A stretch of DNA of 64,000 nucleotides from Bdellovibrionales bacterium RIFOXYD12_FULL_39_22 (GCA_001770205.1 MEQL01000039.1:198787-262786); one strand, 5' to 3'. Shown: positions 50,342-59,915, counted from the stretch's first letter. Numbers and translations: made by a program. Notes: generated by a model not told the origin, from the sequence alone.

Positions 50342-51226
50342 ATGCGTGTAATAATTTTAGGCGCTTTTTTATCGTTTTTTATTTTCTTTTTCTTTTTGCC
50401 AGCAGGCATGGCACAAACGTCCAGTAAAGAGAAAATCGTTGTAACTCTTTATCCGCTATACATCACCGTTATTAATATAGTAGATGGCCATCCCAATTTT
50501 GAAGTTACCATGATGACGGGCCCCAATGGTGGCTGTCTACATGACTATTCTCCGTCTCCAGCAGATATAAAAAAAGTTTTAGGTTCTACTCTAATTGTGG
50601 CCAACGGCGCAGGTTTAGAGAATTTTTTAGATAAAATTTTGAAAAGTTATCCTAATATTCCCATCGTCCAAGCATCGGAGGGATACAAGCTAATAAAAGA
50701 AGAAGGCGGGGGTAGCAATCCACATCTTTGGGCATCAATTGATGGGGCAATTTTTCAGGCCAAGAAAATTTCGGAAGCAATTTTGTTAAATTACCCACAA
50801 TATGCAGAATTGTTTAAACGTAATGCTGACAGATATATTGAAAAACTGGTGAAATTAAAAAAGCAGATGGAAACTGATTTAGCGCCATATCGAGGAGAAA
50901 AAATTATCACTTTTCATGAGGCCTTTCCCTACTTTGCTTTGGAATTTAATTTGGAAATAAAAGGTGTCATTGAACTAGATCCCGGAAGAGAACCATCTGC
51001 CAAAGAACTTATGGAGACCACTAATTTAGTTAAACGAGAAAAAATTAAATATCTTTTTGTAGAACCTCAATATCCTCGAAAAATTGCAGAAATTATCAGT
51101 AAAGAAAGTGGTGCCGGTCTCTTAACCCTAGACCCGGCCGCAAGCGGAAAGTTGGAACAAAACGCCTATATAGATATTATGAAAAAAAATCTCTCAACTC
51201 TTAAAGATGCCTTTGCGCGGCCATGA
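50342..51226 (+). CDS. Cluster A-I metal (Zn/Mn) ABC substrate-binding protein
   Basis: CLHDY, NGAGLE, NPHLW, FHEAFPYF, LDP. Confidence 0.88.
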   Translation: MRVIILGAFLSFFIFFFFLPAGMAQTSSKEKIVVTLYPLYITVINIVDGHPNFEVTMMTGPNGGCLHDYSPSPADIKKVLGSTLIVANGAGLENFLDKILKSYPNIPIVQASEGYKLIKEEGGGSNPHLWASIDGAIFQAKKISEAILLNYPQYAELFKRNADRYIEKLVKLKKQMETDLAPYRGEKIITFHEAFPYFALEFNLEIKGVIELDPGREPSAKELMETTNLVKREKIKYLFVEPQYPRKIAEIISKESGAGLLTLDPAASGKLEQNAYIDIMKKNLSTLKDAFARP

Positions 51227-51993
51227 TGAATATCGACGGCAAGTTTAAAAAATTTGCAGGCCATATTTTACCTCTTATTCAGCGACATTCGACATGCTAT
51301 GGATGCTGCACGCGTATCGATCATTTATCTGTTTTATTTGGAAAATCAAAAATATTAGACGATATTGATCTACATTTTCACTGCACCAACTTTGTAACCA
51401 TCATTGGGCCTAACGGCGCCGGGAAAACAACACTCCTTAAGGCCTTGTTAGGAGAAGTTAAATATCAAGGCTCCATTACCTTTTCATCCTTTGATGCAAA
51501 GTCTAAAAGCATTCCCACAATTGGATATGTTCCACAAAAACTGGCCATTGATCCCACTTCCCCACTAACTGTTAGTGATTTATTTGCTATCACCATGGCA
51601 CCATTTTCACTTTTTAATCAACAGCAAAAAATTAAAATGCAAGAATCTTTAACAACTGTTGGGGCAGCAGCACAGGCCGGCCGTCGCTTAGCAACTCTTT
51701 CAGGAGGTGAATTGCAACGAGTTTATTTGGCACTAGCGCTAACTCCGCTTCCTAATCTACTACTATTAGATGAACCACTCTCTGCCATAGACGCAAAAAG
51801 CGCCGATGATTTTTACCAGCTTCTAAACCGATTAAAATCATCATTTGATCTCTCCATTATCATGGTGTCTCACGATATTTATCGCGTGGCCAAATATGCT
51901 GATCGAATGATTCGATTAGATAAAAAAATAATAGATGATGATATTCCGGCCAACGTTTTAAAAAAAATTGAAGAGGAGCAGCGTAATGTTTGA
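51223..51993 (+). CDS. Metal ABC transporter ATPase (ZnuC-like)
   Basis: GPNGAGKT, GYVPQ, LSGGE, LLLDEP, SHD. Confidence 0.9.
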   Translation: MMNIDGKFKKFAGHILPLIQRHSTCYGCCTRIDHLSVLFGKSKILDDIDLHFHCTNFVTIIGPNGAGKTTLLKALLGEVKYQGSITFSSFDAKSKSIPTIGYVPQKLAIDPTSPLTVSDLFAITMAPFSLFNQQQKIKMQESLTTVGAAAQAGRRLATLSGGELQRVYLALALTPLPNLLLLDEPLSAIDAKSADDFYQLLNRLKSSFDLSIIMVSHDIYRVAKYADRMIRLDKKIIDDDIPANVLKKIEEEQRNV

Positions 51994-52828
51994 GCAGCTT
52001 TTTTCACTCTTCACTCTTCTTCCTTTTGAATGGGCCCAATTTCAATTTATGTTTCTGGCCATACTGGCCATATTACTAATCGCTCCTCTTCTGGCCATCG
52101 TTGGAACTCTGGCCACAGATAATCAAATGACTTTTTTTTCCGATGCTGTAGGACATGCTGCCATTACTGGATTGGCAATTGCGACCTTGGCCGAATTGGA
52201 AACTTCTCTTTGGGGCATCGTTCTGTATGCACAGCTAATTGCGCTTGTTCTTTTTTTACTAAAGCGATTTTCCAACATAAAAACGGATGCCTTAATTGGT
52301 ATTATTGCTAATTTCTCCGTAGCACTTGGTATTGTTTTATTAAGTTATACTTCTGGATTAAATCGATTAAACACTATTTTATTTGGATCAATCTTGTCGA
52401 TTGGTAGCGAAGATCTAACGTTCTTGTGTATTTCGGCACTGGTTTTATATCCACTTATTATTTTTTTATACAAAGTATTTTGGCTAGTCTCCGTGTCGCC
52501 AACTTTGGCCAAAAGTCGGGGCCTTAATTTCGCTCTTTTTGAATATGTACTGCTTGCAATAATAGCTCTAGTAATATCTGTTTCTATCTTATGGATTGGC
52601 GTCTTAGTGTTAAACGCCATGCTGATTTTACCTGCTTCTATAGCTAAAAATATTGGTGTGGGAATAAAAAAATATCTTACCTACTCAATAATAATTGGCA
52701 TTATTTCCAGTGTCGGCGGCCTTCTTTTTTCATACTATTTTGGAACCTCCACTGGTGCCACTATCGTACTACTGCAAACAATAATCTTCATGCTCACGCT
52801 TCTTAAAAATATAAAAATAAAACAATAA
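51986..52828 (+). CDS. Metal ABC transporter permease (ZnuB-like)
   Basis: FFSDAVGHAA, LFGSIL, LILPA; multi-TM. Confidence 0.88.
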   Translation: MFEQLFSLFTLLPFEWAQFQFMFLAILAILLIAPLLAIVGTLATDNQMTFFSDAVGHAAITGLAIATLAELETSLWGIVLYAQLIALVLFLLKRFSNIKTDALIGIIANFSVALGIVLLSYTSGLNRLNTILFGSILSIGSEDLTFLCISALVLYPLIIFLYKVFWLVSVSPTLAKSRGLNFALFEYVLLAIIALVISVSILWIGVLVLNAMLILPASIAKNIGVGIKKYLTYSIIIGIISSVGGLLFSYYFGTSTGATIVLLQTIIFMLTLLKNIKIKQ

Positions 52829-52847
52829 ATACATTGAACAAACTTGG

Positions 52848-53840
52848 TCAGCCTTGCAAAACTCGTTTTAAAATGGCCGTTTTTAAAATACTAACCAGAT
52901 TATCCGCCATGTTTCTGTCCGCAGAGATATACGGATTAATTTTCATCGTTATAATTAATTGTCCATTCCACGTCATCGTTGCTACACCGAGTGGATGATT
53001 TGGGGTTCCCGGAGCGGCAGGAAGTATAACCAAATTAGAATCAACATTGGCCGGAGGAGTTCCTATTGGCCAGTTACCCAAGCAGGAGAATGTTCCTAGG
53101 CGAAAGCAGTTCTTATTACTATTTTCTGAAAGATATTTCATACCGCGAATACCAATAATTTTCCCGATATGCAGAAGCCACCAATTGCCAATATGTCGAC
53201 GATGACCTAATTTATTTTTAATCTGAGAATGAATTTCTTGTGCAGTAGTTTTGCTATTAGTTGTAACCGTTACCCCACTCGTATGATTTGACAGAATATT
53301 TTCTTTTTTTACTATACCACGCATATTGGCCGGAAAAAGCCAATCTCCCGAAGCACCATCTTCTAATAACTCTGGTAGAACAACACCACAGACAGACTCC
53401 AATAAAAAAGAGTTTTGAGAAACCCCCGCTCCTTTTGCTTTTGCATTAATCTTTTCTGTCTCTTCCTTCGTAAAAAGTATCCAGGAAAAACGAGTTCCTT
53501 CTTCAGGAGTAGAATATTTACGATTTATATCGCAATTTTTCCATTTCATCTTCGAATCACTGTGATCTTTTATACAACCTAAAATGATTTGCGCTCGCGC
53601 CAACCAGCTAAGTTTTTCAATAGGCCGCTGTTCAGGAAGTTTGTCGATAATATATCCATCTCGACGCAACATCATAGTTAATGCACCAGCACCATCATAA
53701 TCGCTATGCGGAAAACTCTCCACGGTCATCTCATTATTTTTAGTATTGTATCTGGCGAATTGAAACAAATCGTTAACGCCTCTTTCCTTTGCTACGGTAA
53801 ACCACATTCCAATCCAGTCGATTTCTTTTGTTTTTTTCAT
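52848..53840 (-). CDS. Stand-alone condensation/PapA/alcohol-acetyltransferase-like CoA-dependent acyltransferase
   Basis: HSDYDG (HxxxDG) at 53691-53708; SQNSFLL, FPANMR, SNHTS, FSCLG. Confidence 0.65.
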   Translation of the reverse strand: MKKTKEIDWIGMWFTVAKERGVNDLFQFARYNTKNNEMTVESFPHSDYDGAGALTMMLRRDGYIIDKLPEQRPIEKLSWLARAQIILGCIKDHSDSKMKWKNCDINRKYSTPEEGTRFSWILFTKEETEKINAKAKGAGVSQNSFLLESVCGVVLPELLEDGASGDWLFPANMRGIVKKENILSNHTSGVTVTTNSKTTAQEIHSQIKNKLGHRRHIGNWWLLHIGKIIGIRGMKYLSENSNKNCFRLGTFSCLGNWPIGTPPANVDSNLVILPAAPGTPNHPLGVATMTWNGQLIITMKINPYISADRNMADNLVSILKTAILKRVLQG

Positions 53841-55045
53841 GCTATCCCCAATTCCAATCCAACCTGATGGTTTTCTCGATGCTCTAATAGTGATTTCTTA
53901 TCTAAAAATTTACGTTTTGATAATACCTGATAGAGTGTTCCGGGGGTTGAACGATACAAATATCCTTCTTTAAAGAGGGCCGGAAGAGATGATCTCGTTG
54001 GATAATTTAAAAAAGAGATCATATGGGCCTGTTCAGAAATACTGTCCAATAGAACAAATTTTACCAGCTCGCATATTATTGCATTTCTCTCTGCCGGGGC
54101 CAAGTTTTCCGCAACTTCAAAATGTGAAAGATAAAGCACTGACAGTTCACTATTTTCTAAAATTTTTTGTTTCCCAAAAAGTGGCATTAAAAGTCCAAGC
54201 ACTCTCAAGGGAAAGGATAAATTACTAATAACTAAACGACGCGCAAGAGAGGATTTCCAGGGACAAACAGAAGCAACGATCTGGCCATTTTTTTTGATGA
54301 CAATAAAATTCTCTAAAAGCAGATCATCCCATTGTAAAAGTCGACGCGTCAACTCATCTGTCCCCTGGCCATTCTTGGTAAAGAAAAACCCCAGAGATCG
54401 ATTGTGATTTGTCTCATATAAAAAATTTCGCAACTGCCCTTCATCCCCTTTTTGCAACTTCTCTATCGAGAGGCCAGAATTGATAATGTTGCGTAATTTG
54501 GAAAGGGAGCGCAGCAAAGGAATTCTTCCTAAAATATTTATCGCTTCATACTTAACCAAAGCATGATAGACAATATCACTCTCTCGATCTTTGCGAGTGA
54601 AGGCATTTATCGCATTTTTATTTTCATCCAAAATGGCAGAATACATAAATTGGCAGCCATCAAACTCATCAATGACATCATAGTTATCCATAGTATCTGC
54701 ATATAACTTTCTCCAACCAACAACCATGCGACGAGGAATGGTGGGACTCACTCGCAAATCTGAAAGATAACCGATTACAATCTCTTTTCCCTCATGAAAC
54801 GCCTTGCGGAGGACAATTGTTGAAATTCCAGAAATGACACCATCCTTACCATCAAAAAGAAAAACAAAAGATTTGTATCCTTGTTGACTTAAGAGTTTAA
54901 AAAAATCAGGAGAGCGATCGTAGCGAATTTCCATTGAAGAAGTATTCATCTTGATTGAACTGAAAAAGGCCAAAATTTTCTCATTGTCTTTTGGAGTGGC
55001 CAAATGGAAATCAGGATGCTTGGCAAGTAATTCCGCTATTTTCAT
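53837..55045 (-). CDS. Long (probably tandem) GNAT-fold acyltransferase
   Basis: ATPKDNEKI, YDRSPDFF, GYLSDLRVSP, ILDENKNA; second lobe GDEGQL...IVASVCPW. Confidence 0.6.
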   Translation of the reverse strand: MKIAELLAKHPDFHLATPKDNEKILAFFSSIKMNTSSMEIRYDRSPDFFKLLSQQGYKSFVFLFDGKDGVISGISTIVLRKAFHEGKEIVIGYLSDLRVSPTIPRRMVVGWRKLYADTMDNYDVIDEFDGCQFMYSAILDENKNAINAFTRKDRESDIVYHALVKYEAINILGRIPLLRSLSKLRNIINSGLSIEKLQKGDEGQLRNFLYETNHNRSLGFFFTKNGQGTDELTRRLLQWDDLLLENFIVIKKNGQIVASVCPWKSSLARRLVISNLSFPLRVLGLLMPLFGKQKILENSELSVLYLSHFEVAENLAPAERNAIICELVKFVLLDSISEQAHMISFLNYPTRSSLPALFKEGYLYRSTPGTLYQVLSKRKFLDKKSLLEHRENHQVGLELGIA

Positions 55046-55064
55046 ATCTTTCTACATACAGTAA

Positions 55065-55646
55065 CTAGGCACTAGCGTTAACAATTCGCACGCCCTGAAA
55101 TCGCTTAAGAAAAAAACCAGGAGAAAGGAAGGGGGAGATTATTAAATTGCGCAAACGAATTACTTCAACTGATTCCTCATCGGCCGAGGGCATTCCCGGA
55201 AGCACCTTGGTTGGGCCTTTAAATAACACCTCTGGCCTTGCCTTTGAGTACATTCTACCAATTTTGGGTTTGCGCAGACTGTAAGCATAAGCAAAATATT
55301 TTTTGCCGGAGGTAGCAACACTCCATAATAATCTGCACCAAAAACCGAAAGCACAGTTATTTTTAATAAGTGAGTGCGATAGCCAAAGTCCAGTAACCTC
55401 GGCGACTTTCGAAGAATTTTGATAAGAGAGAGTGCGGCTGCATGGGGTAGGAATAGAGTCTAAAACCCTAAAGGGGCCTTGTTTTACAATAACAAAACCA
55501 CCACAAATATTATTTGCTCGATCATAGCAGGCCACAACTTTACTGCGCTTTAGATATTCCAATGGTAGTTCAACATCGATTAATGGGGCAACTTTTTTAC
55601 TGTATTCCAATAGTTGCTCATCACTTTTAAGTGTTCTAAATTTCAT
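55065..55646 (-). CDS. GNAT-fold protein, FeeM/LuxI-like N-acyltransferase candidate
   Basis: SD AAGGAGG; ICGGFVIV, VAEVTGLWL, YFAYAY...MY. Confidence 0.5.
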   Translation of the reverse strand: MKFRTLKSDEQLLEYSKKVAPLIDVELPLEYLKRSKVVACYDRANNICGGFVIVKQGPFRVLDSIPTPCSRTLSYQNSSKVAEVTGLWLSHSLIKNNCAFGFWCRLLWSVATSGKKYFAYAYSLRKPKIGRMYSKARPEVLFKGPTKVLPGMPSADEESVEVIRLRNLIISPFLSPGFFLKRFQGVRIVNASA

Positions 55647-55728
55647 CACAACCCCTCCTTGATTACCCAATTCTTTCGCCTTTAGGTTAAGCGAGCAGAT
55701 TGTGCTAATCAAACTAAATTAGGGACAT

Positions 55729-55758
55729 TTTGTTCCTAGTATCACGACAAGGAACAAA
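55729..55758. promoter_or_regulatory. Inverted repeat in divergent promoter region (candidate operator)
   Basis: TTTGTTCCT-12 nt-AGGAACAAA. Confidence 0.4.
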
Positions 55759-55863
55759 TCCATGTATCATTTACACTCACACCGGCCATCTATTGCCGTG
55801 CGTCATTGCCTGTGTTATTCATACTGTAGTGACCTATTAACCAGACTAATGAGTTTTAGAAGT

Positions 55864-57270
55864 ATGAATGTACCAGTAAAGGCCAACATTATCACCAACT
55901 TTTTTATTATTTTGTTAGTGGCCAGCACTTATATTCCTGGCAGTTTTGCCAATGCTCCTTTAAAGATCAAAGAGTCCTTGGATTTATCGTTAAAAAGTTT
56001 TGACTACAATAGACCGGCCAGTGGGGCCGGGCCGGCGGGAACCTTCCTATTTGGTAGTATGAAGATTCTATCTTCTCAAATGGCGGTAAATGTTAACAAT
56101 AAAGGAGATGTTTTTAATTCGACAATTTTTTTGCGCCCCAATTTTATTGGGATAAATGCCGATAATGGAAGCTTTGGATTAGGACTTCCACTCACTGAAA
56201 AACATTTTTTGCATAACGTTCTAGCAGCAAATTTAGTAGAATCCTCAGTTTCCATGAATGAGGATCGAATTGATTTTAGTGCCGATTTTTTTCGCTTCAC
56301 CCAGGCCAACTCTAGTGTGCAGTTAAAGAATTTTGGCCTGTTTTGTAAAAAGCATCCTGAATACCGCAAAAATGATTTTTTATCTATCATGTATGGGTGT
56401 CTTTACGAATCTAATTTTAACGGCCGGCGCTCTCAAGAACTTTCAGATGCTATAATCACGGCCACTAGTGCAGACCCTAGTGGAAAAGTTGAGTTAAATG
56501 GCCTCATAGATCTTTTAAATTTTGGCCAGGAAGAGATTCAAATGAGGCTATCCACCACCTCCTTAAATGTTAATGATACCTATTTTTTTAAAGCACAATC
56601 GCTTGACGCAAAATGTGAAAAAAATGAAGTAGTAATAGCCGATTTTAAATTCCAAGATGTGATAAATAATTGCTTAAATAGTGTGGCAGTTGGAAGTGCT
56701 AGCGTCGCCTTGGTTGATAATAAAAGCAAAACCAACTATCGTATACATTTAAATAAGCTAGCGATAAAAGACGAAGAAATTAAAGCAGAAATCTTGGAAT
56801 TTAACCGCTTAAACACAGATTCCATGAAGGCGTCACCCTTATCATTAGTTGGAGTCTCTCTTTCATGTTACCACGAAGAGACCGATTCACTCCCAAAAAC
56901 TTCAAAAATGATTAGCGATTGTTTGACGCTCTCCAAATTACATGTGGATGATGTTATCCAATCAGAAAAGCAAAAAACCAAACAATTAGATCTAACAATT
57001 TCACAGAATAGTTTCAATTTAACAGGACGTATAAAACCGCTAATGTTTTGGAATAATTTTGGTCTGGCCGGACAAGTCGAATACTCCGAAACAGATAAAC
57101 TAATAACAATAACCGTGGAGGGAGCAGATTTACCAATCCCTATCTTTAAACACTCCTTAACACTTGCTATGTTTTTTATTAAGATGGGAGTTGGATCTAA
57201 TGAGGGAATTACTGTTGATAAGAAAAATCGAAAAATTTATATAAAACTGGAAAAACAACAAGGAGTCTAA
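55864..57270 (+). CDS. Hypothetical exported beta-rich protein with three Cys-pair repeats
   Basis: Signal ending PGSFA; three C-x17-18-CL modules; start uncertain. Confidence 0.65.
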   Translation: MNVPVKANIITNFFIILLVASTYIPGSFANAPLKIKESLDLSLKSFDYNRPASGAGPAGTFLFGSMKILSSQMAVNVNNKGDVFNSTIFLRPNFIGINADNGSFGLGLPLTEKHFLHNVLAANLVESSVSMNEDRIDFSADFFRFTQANSSVQLKNFGLFCKKHPEYRKNDFLSIMYGCLYESNFNGRRSQELSDAIITATSADPSGKVELNGLIDLLNFGQEEIQMRLSTTSLNVNDTYFFKAQSLDAKCEKNEVVIADFKFQDVINNCLNSVAVGSASVALVDNKSKTNYRIHLNKLAIKDEEIKAEILEFNRLNTDSMKASPLSLVGVSLSCYHEETDSLPKTSKMISDCLTLSKLHVDDVIQSEKQKTKQLDLTISQNSFNLTGRIKPLMFWNNFGLAGQVEYSETDKLITITVEGADLPIPIFKHSLTLAMFFIKMGVGSNEGITVDKKNRKIYIKLEKQQGV

Positions 57271-57273
57271 TAT

Positions 57274-57714
57274 ATGATAAAACTACGAGGTAATTTTTTT
57301 ATTTTTCTTTTAATGATGTCTGGGGCGGCCATGGCCGAGACCTATGTTTGTTCAGGTGCCATTCGTGCTAACCAATATAAAATTTATCTTTACAACTGCG
57401 CTGATCGCAATTTCAGCTTTGGTATCGTATCGTCCAGCTCAAAGTACGGAGAGGTTCATGTGGCATCAGAAAATACAAAAATTGAAGCAGATTTTGATAT
57501 ATCCTATAGTGCTACTCAAACCGACCGTCGAGATGTCACCTATATAAAAATAGCCGTCAACGATATGGGTGGTAGTCGCCCAGGAGATTCGATAAACGGC
57601 TCTTTGGATATTAGTTACATTCGCGATGAACATCGAGAATCAGACAATGTCTCCTTGGTTTGTAAAAGAGGAAATGATCCAATTCCAACAACCGACAGTT
57701 GTTTGCGACGCTAG
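57274..57714 (+). CDS. Hypothetical exported protein
   Basis: SD AAGGAG; signal ending AMA; four Cys. Confidence 0.6.
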   Translation: MIKLRGNFFIFLLMMSGAAMAETYVCSGAIRANQYKIYLYNCADRNFSFGIVSSSSKYGEVHVASENTKIEADFDISYSATQTDRRDVTYIKIAVNDMGGSRPGDSINGSLDISYIRDEHRESDNVSLVCKRGNDPIPTTDSCLRR

Positions 57715-57867
57715 CTGGCCGGCAAGCTAGGCAAGATCTTATCTTGTCCGACACTTTCAGTCGGGAAGGCGAACGGTTTTCATTTACAATGTGGGAAATT
57801 TTTTTCTCAACTTCTTTCACCGCAATCTTTTAGGTAAAATAGAACTAGGGCAAGGAGGCCACCTGTA

Positions 57868-58446
57868 ATGAAGCAAAAAGCACCAAAAAATGAAAAAGAG
57901 GGAATAGTTTTAGAAAGCTCCCTCCAAGGTTATTTTTTTGATCAATTAAAAGAAATTAATGGCAAACTTCTGCAACCATTGCCAAATGAAACATTGTATT
58001 ATTCCAGTAGGGTCATGGATCGTTTTGGCCAATCAACGGAGTTTTTTGAAACTGTTAATGGTAAATATACCGATAAATTTTTGGGCAAAAAACTGCTAGA
58101 GGCAGAAGCGCTGGGGAAAAACTCAAAAAAACGTATTCTGCAAGATGTTGGCGATACCTCCCTTTTTATGTGTGGCTTTTTCTATGATGCCATAAATAGT
58201 AAAATTGTGGATTATAGCTACTACGAGAGCATTGGCCGATCTGCGTATTCTCGCCTTAATGCCATTGCCCCAACCTTCTTGGATATTGAATCATTTTATG
58301 CTTCGCTAGCAAAATCCTTCTCTGCCATTGCTAATCTCATCTCAATTATTGAAAGGAAGTTTGCTCAAAATGCCGAACAAGGGAAAAATTCTGAGGCCAT
58401 TATAAGTATAATTAGCCCTTTTACTATTAAGACAAAAGCGTCCTAA
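57868..58446 (+). CDS. Conserved hypothetical helical protein
   Basis: SD AAGGAGG; LQDVGDTSLFMCGFF, YYESIGRSAY. Confidence 0.7.
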   Translation: MKQKAPKNEKEGIVLESSLQGYFFDQLKEINGKLLQPLPNETLYYSSRVMDRFGQSTEFFETVNGKYTDKFLGKKLLEAEALGKNSKKRILQDVGDTSLFMCGFFYDAINSKIVDYSYYESIGRSAYSRLNAIAPTFLDIESFYASLAKSFSAIANLISIIERKFAQNAEQGKNSEAIISIISPFTIKTKAS

Positions 58447-58464
58447 AAAACTCTCCCTTCTAAC

Positions 58465-59298
58465 CTATTTTTTTGAAATTTTATCACACGCAGAAGTAAC
58501 TTGTTTTGTGAGTCCATCTAAGTCTTTGGCCGCTAAAAATCCCTGATTACCACCACGAACATAAGCGCCAATCTCCTTAAGGAAACTATCCATTTTAGCG
58601 GTATACTCTCCAATGTCCGTTATTATTAAAAGATAACGTATTTTTGAATTTTTTATCCAAGAAATTAGTCGGTCTTGATCACTAATTCCATGAGAAACAC
58701 ATAATGAGGACAGGGCCCCCATTTGCTTAAGAGAGGAATCAAACGTAGAAACAGAAACTAAATTTTTTTGACATTGGCCAACAACTCGACTTACAAAACT
58801 TCGACGAAAGCAGTAATCACTGTCTCGCGAATAATCAACCGAACTCAGGCCCGAACTGGTATCAACCCAAATCTCCACTTTTGTCTCATAATCATCATCA
58901 AATGCTTTCCCGCAGTAGATGTCAAAGTAGTTAGATTTATCACATTCTATCCCGCTTTTTTCGAATGAGCCTATTGTCTTAAAGGATCCCTCTTCTTCCG
59001 CTAAAGCAACATCAGAAAAATCTTTTTCTTCGAAAGGGCGAATTATTCCTACTCCAAACTTATCAGTATATCCATATTGTGGATGAAAACATCCCTCTCC
59101 CATCGGAACACAAGTAAAATTTTGCAACTGTGTCTGTGCCAAAAGATTGGCCCGTGTGGCCACATCATTTAACTTGGCGGCCAGAGGAGGAGAGAGAAAC
59201 CAAATTTCAACACGCTGTGGATTGGCCACTGCTTGTTGCGACACGAAAATAATCGAAAAAATTATAACAAAATTTGCAAAAGTTATTAAAGTTTTCAA
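58465..59298 (-). CDS. Exported Cys-rich protein with possible degenerate vWA domain
   Basis: Signal; EIWVDTSSG, STFDS, LLIITD; overlaps the XRE gene stop. Confidence 0.5.
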   Translation of the reverse strand: MKTLITFANFVIIFSIIFVSQQAVANPQRVEIWFLSPPLAAKLNDVATRANLLAQTQLQNFTCVPMGEGCFHPQYGYTDKFGVGIIRPFEEKDFSDVALAEEEGSFKTIGSFEKSGIECDKSNYFDIYCGKAFDDDYETKVEIWVDTSSGLSSVDYSRDSDYCFRRSFVSRVVGQCQKNLVSVSTFDSSLKQMGALSSLCVSHGISDQDRLISWIKNSKIRYLLIITDIGEYTAKMDSFLKEIGAYVRGGNQGFLAAKDLDGLTKQVTSACDKISKK

Positions 59299-59828
59299 AC
59301 TTCCATTTCCTTTTGTCTAATGTAGCGCAAAAGGGGAGCGCCGACATCTACAACCAAATCTCTTCCATCCACATCTAGGTTTAAAAAATCATTTATGTAT
59401 GCACGCTGTCTTGGTGTTAAACTATCTAACTTTTCCTTTAGTGATTTCTCTTTTTTCTCTTCGCCAGCTTCTTTGGCCATCTCCTTTTTTTCTTCCACCT
59501 TAACTTCAGAAACAACTGACTCCGCTATTGCCAGGCCCCCGGAGTTTTCATCTTTATAAAACTTTACAAGCCTTACAAACTTCTCACTAAACTCCTCATC
59601 GACAAAATCAATTATTTCGTGAATAGGAATCTGCAGCTTGGCCACAATTTTGGCGATAAGTTGAGGATTAAGTTCAGTTGTCTTTTGTCCGAGAAAACGA
59701 CTCATTGTAGAAACTCCAACCTCTACCAAATTGGCCAAATCCTTTTGGCCCATGGGCCCTCGCACTTGCATATACTTACGAACAACTCCAAAAAACATTT
59801 CTAAATGCGCTCTATTAAATTCGGCCAT
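59295..59828 (-). CDS. XRE/Cro-type HTH transcriptional regulator
   Basis: MGQKDLANLVEVGVSTMSRFL...IAKIVAKL; SD GGAGG. Confidence 0.8.
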   Translation of the reverse strand: MAEFNRAHLEMFFGVVRKYMQVRGPMGQKDLANLVEVGVSTMSRFLGQKTTELNPQLIAKIVAKLQIPIHEIIDFVDEEFSEKFVRLVKFYKDENSGGLAIAESVVSEVKVEEKKEMAKEAGEEKKEKSLKEKLDSLTPRQRAYINDFLNLDVDGRDLVVDVGAPLLRYIRQKEMEV

Positions 59829-59845
59829 AAAACCCTCCGAAATCA

Positions 59846-59872
59846 TTATCGGCAAGCAATTTAATTTCTTAA
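59846..59872 (-). promoter_or_regulatory. sigma28/FliA-type promoter for the XRE regulator
   Basis: TTAAG-14 nt-GCCGATAA (perfect -10) just upstream of the SD. Confidence 0.6.
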
Positions 59873-59886
59873 TGCAATTTTTTTGC

Positions 59887-59915
59887 TTGACGCAACGAGT
59901 CGGCCATTGTAAGAT
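59887..59915 (+). promoter_or_regulatory. sigma70-type promoter for the pentapeptide-repeat gene
   Basis: TTGACG-17 nt-TAAGAT. Confidence 0.6.

Noticed and set aside
55681..55720. Possible sigma54 promoter (similar candidates near 43580, 48225 and 62950)
   Set aside because: None has the required GG-N10-GC spacing
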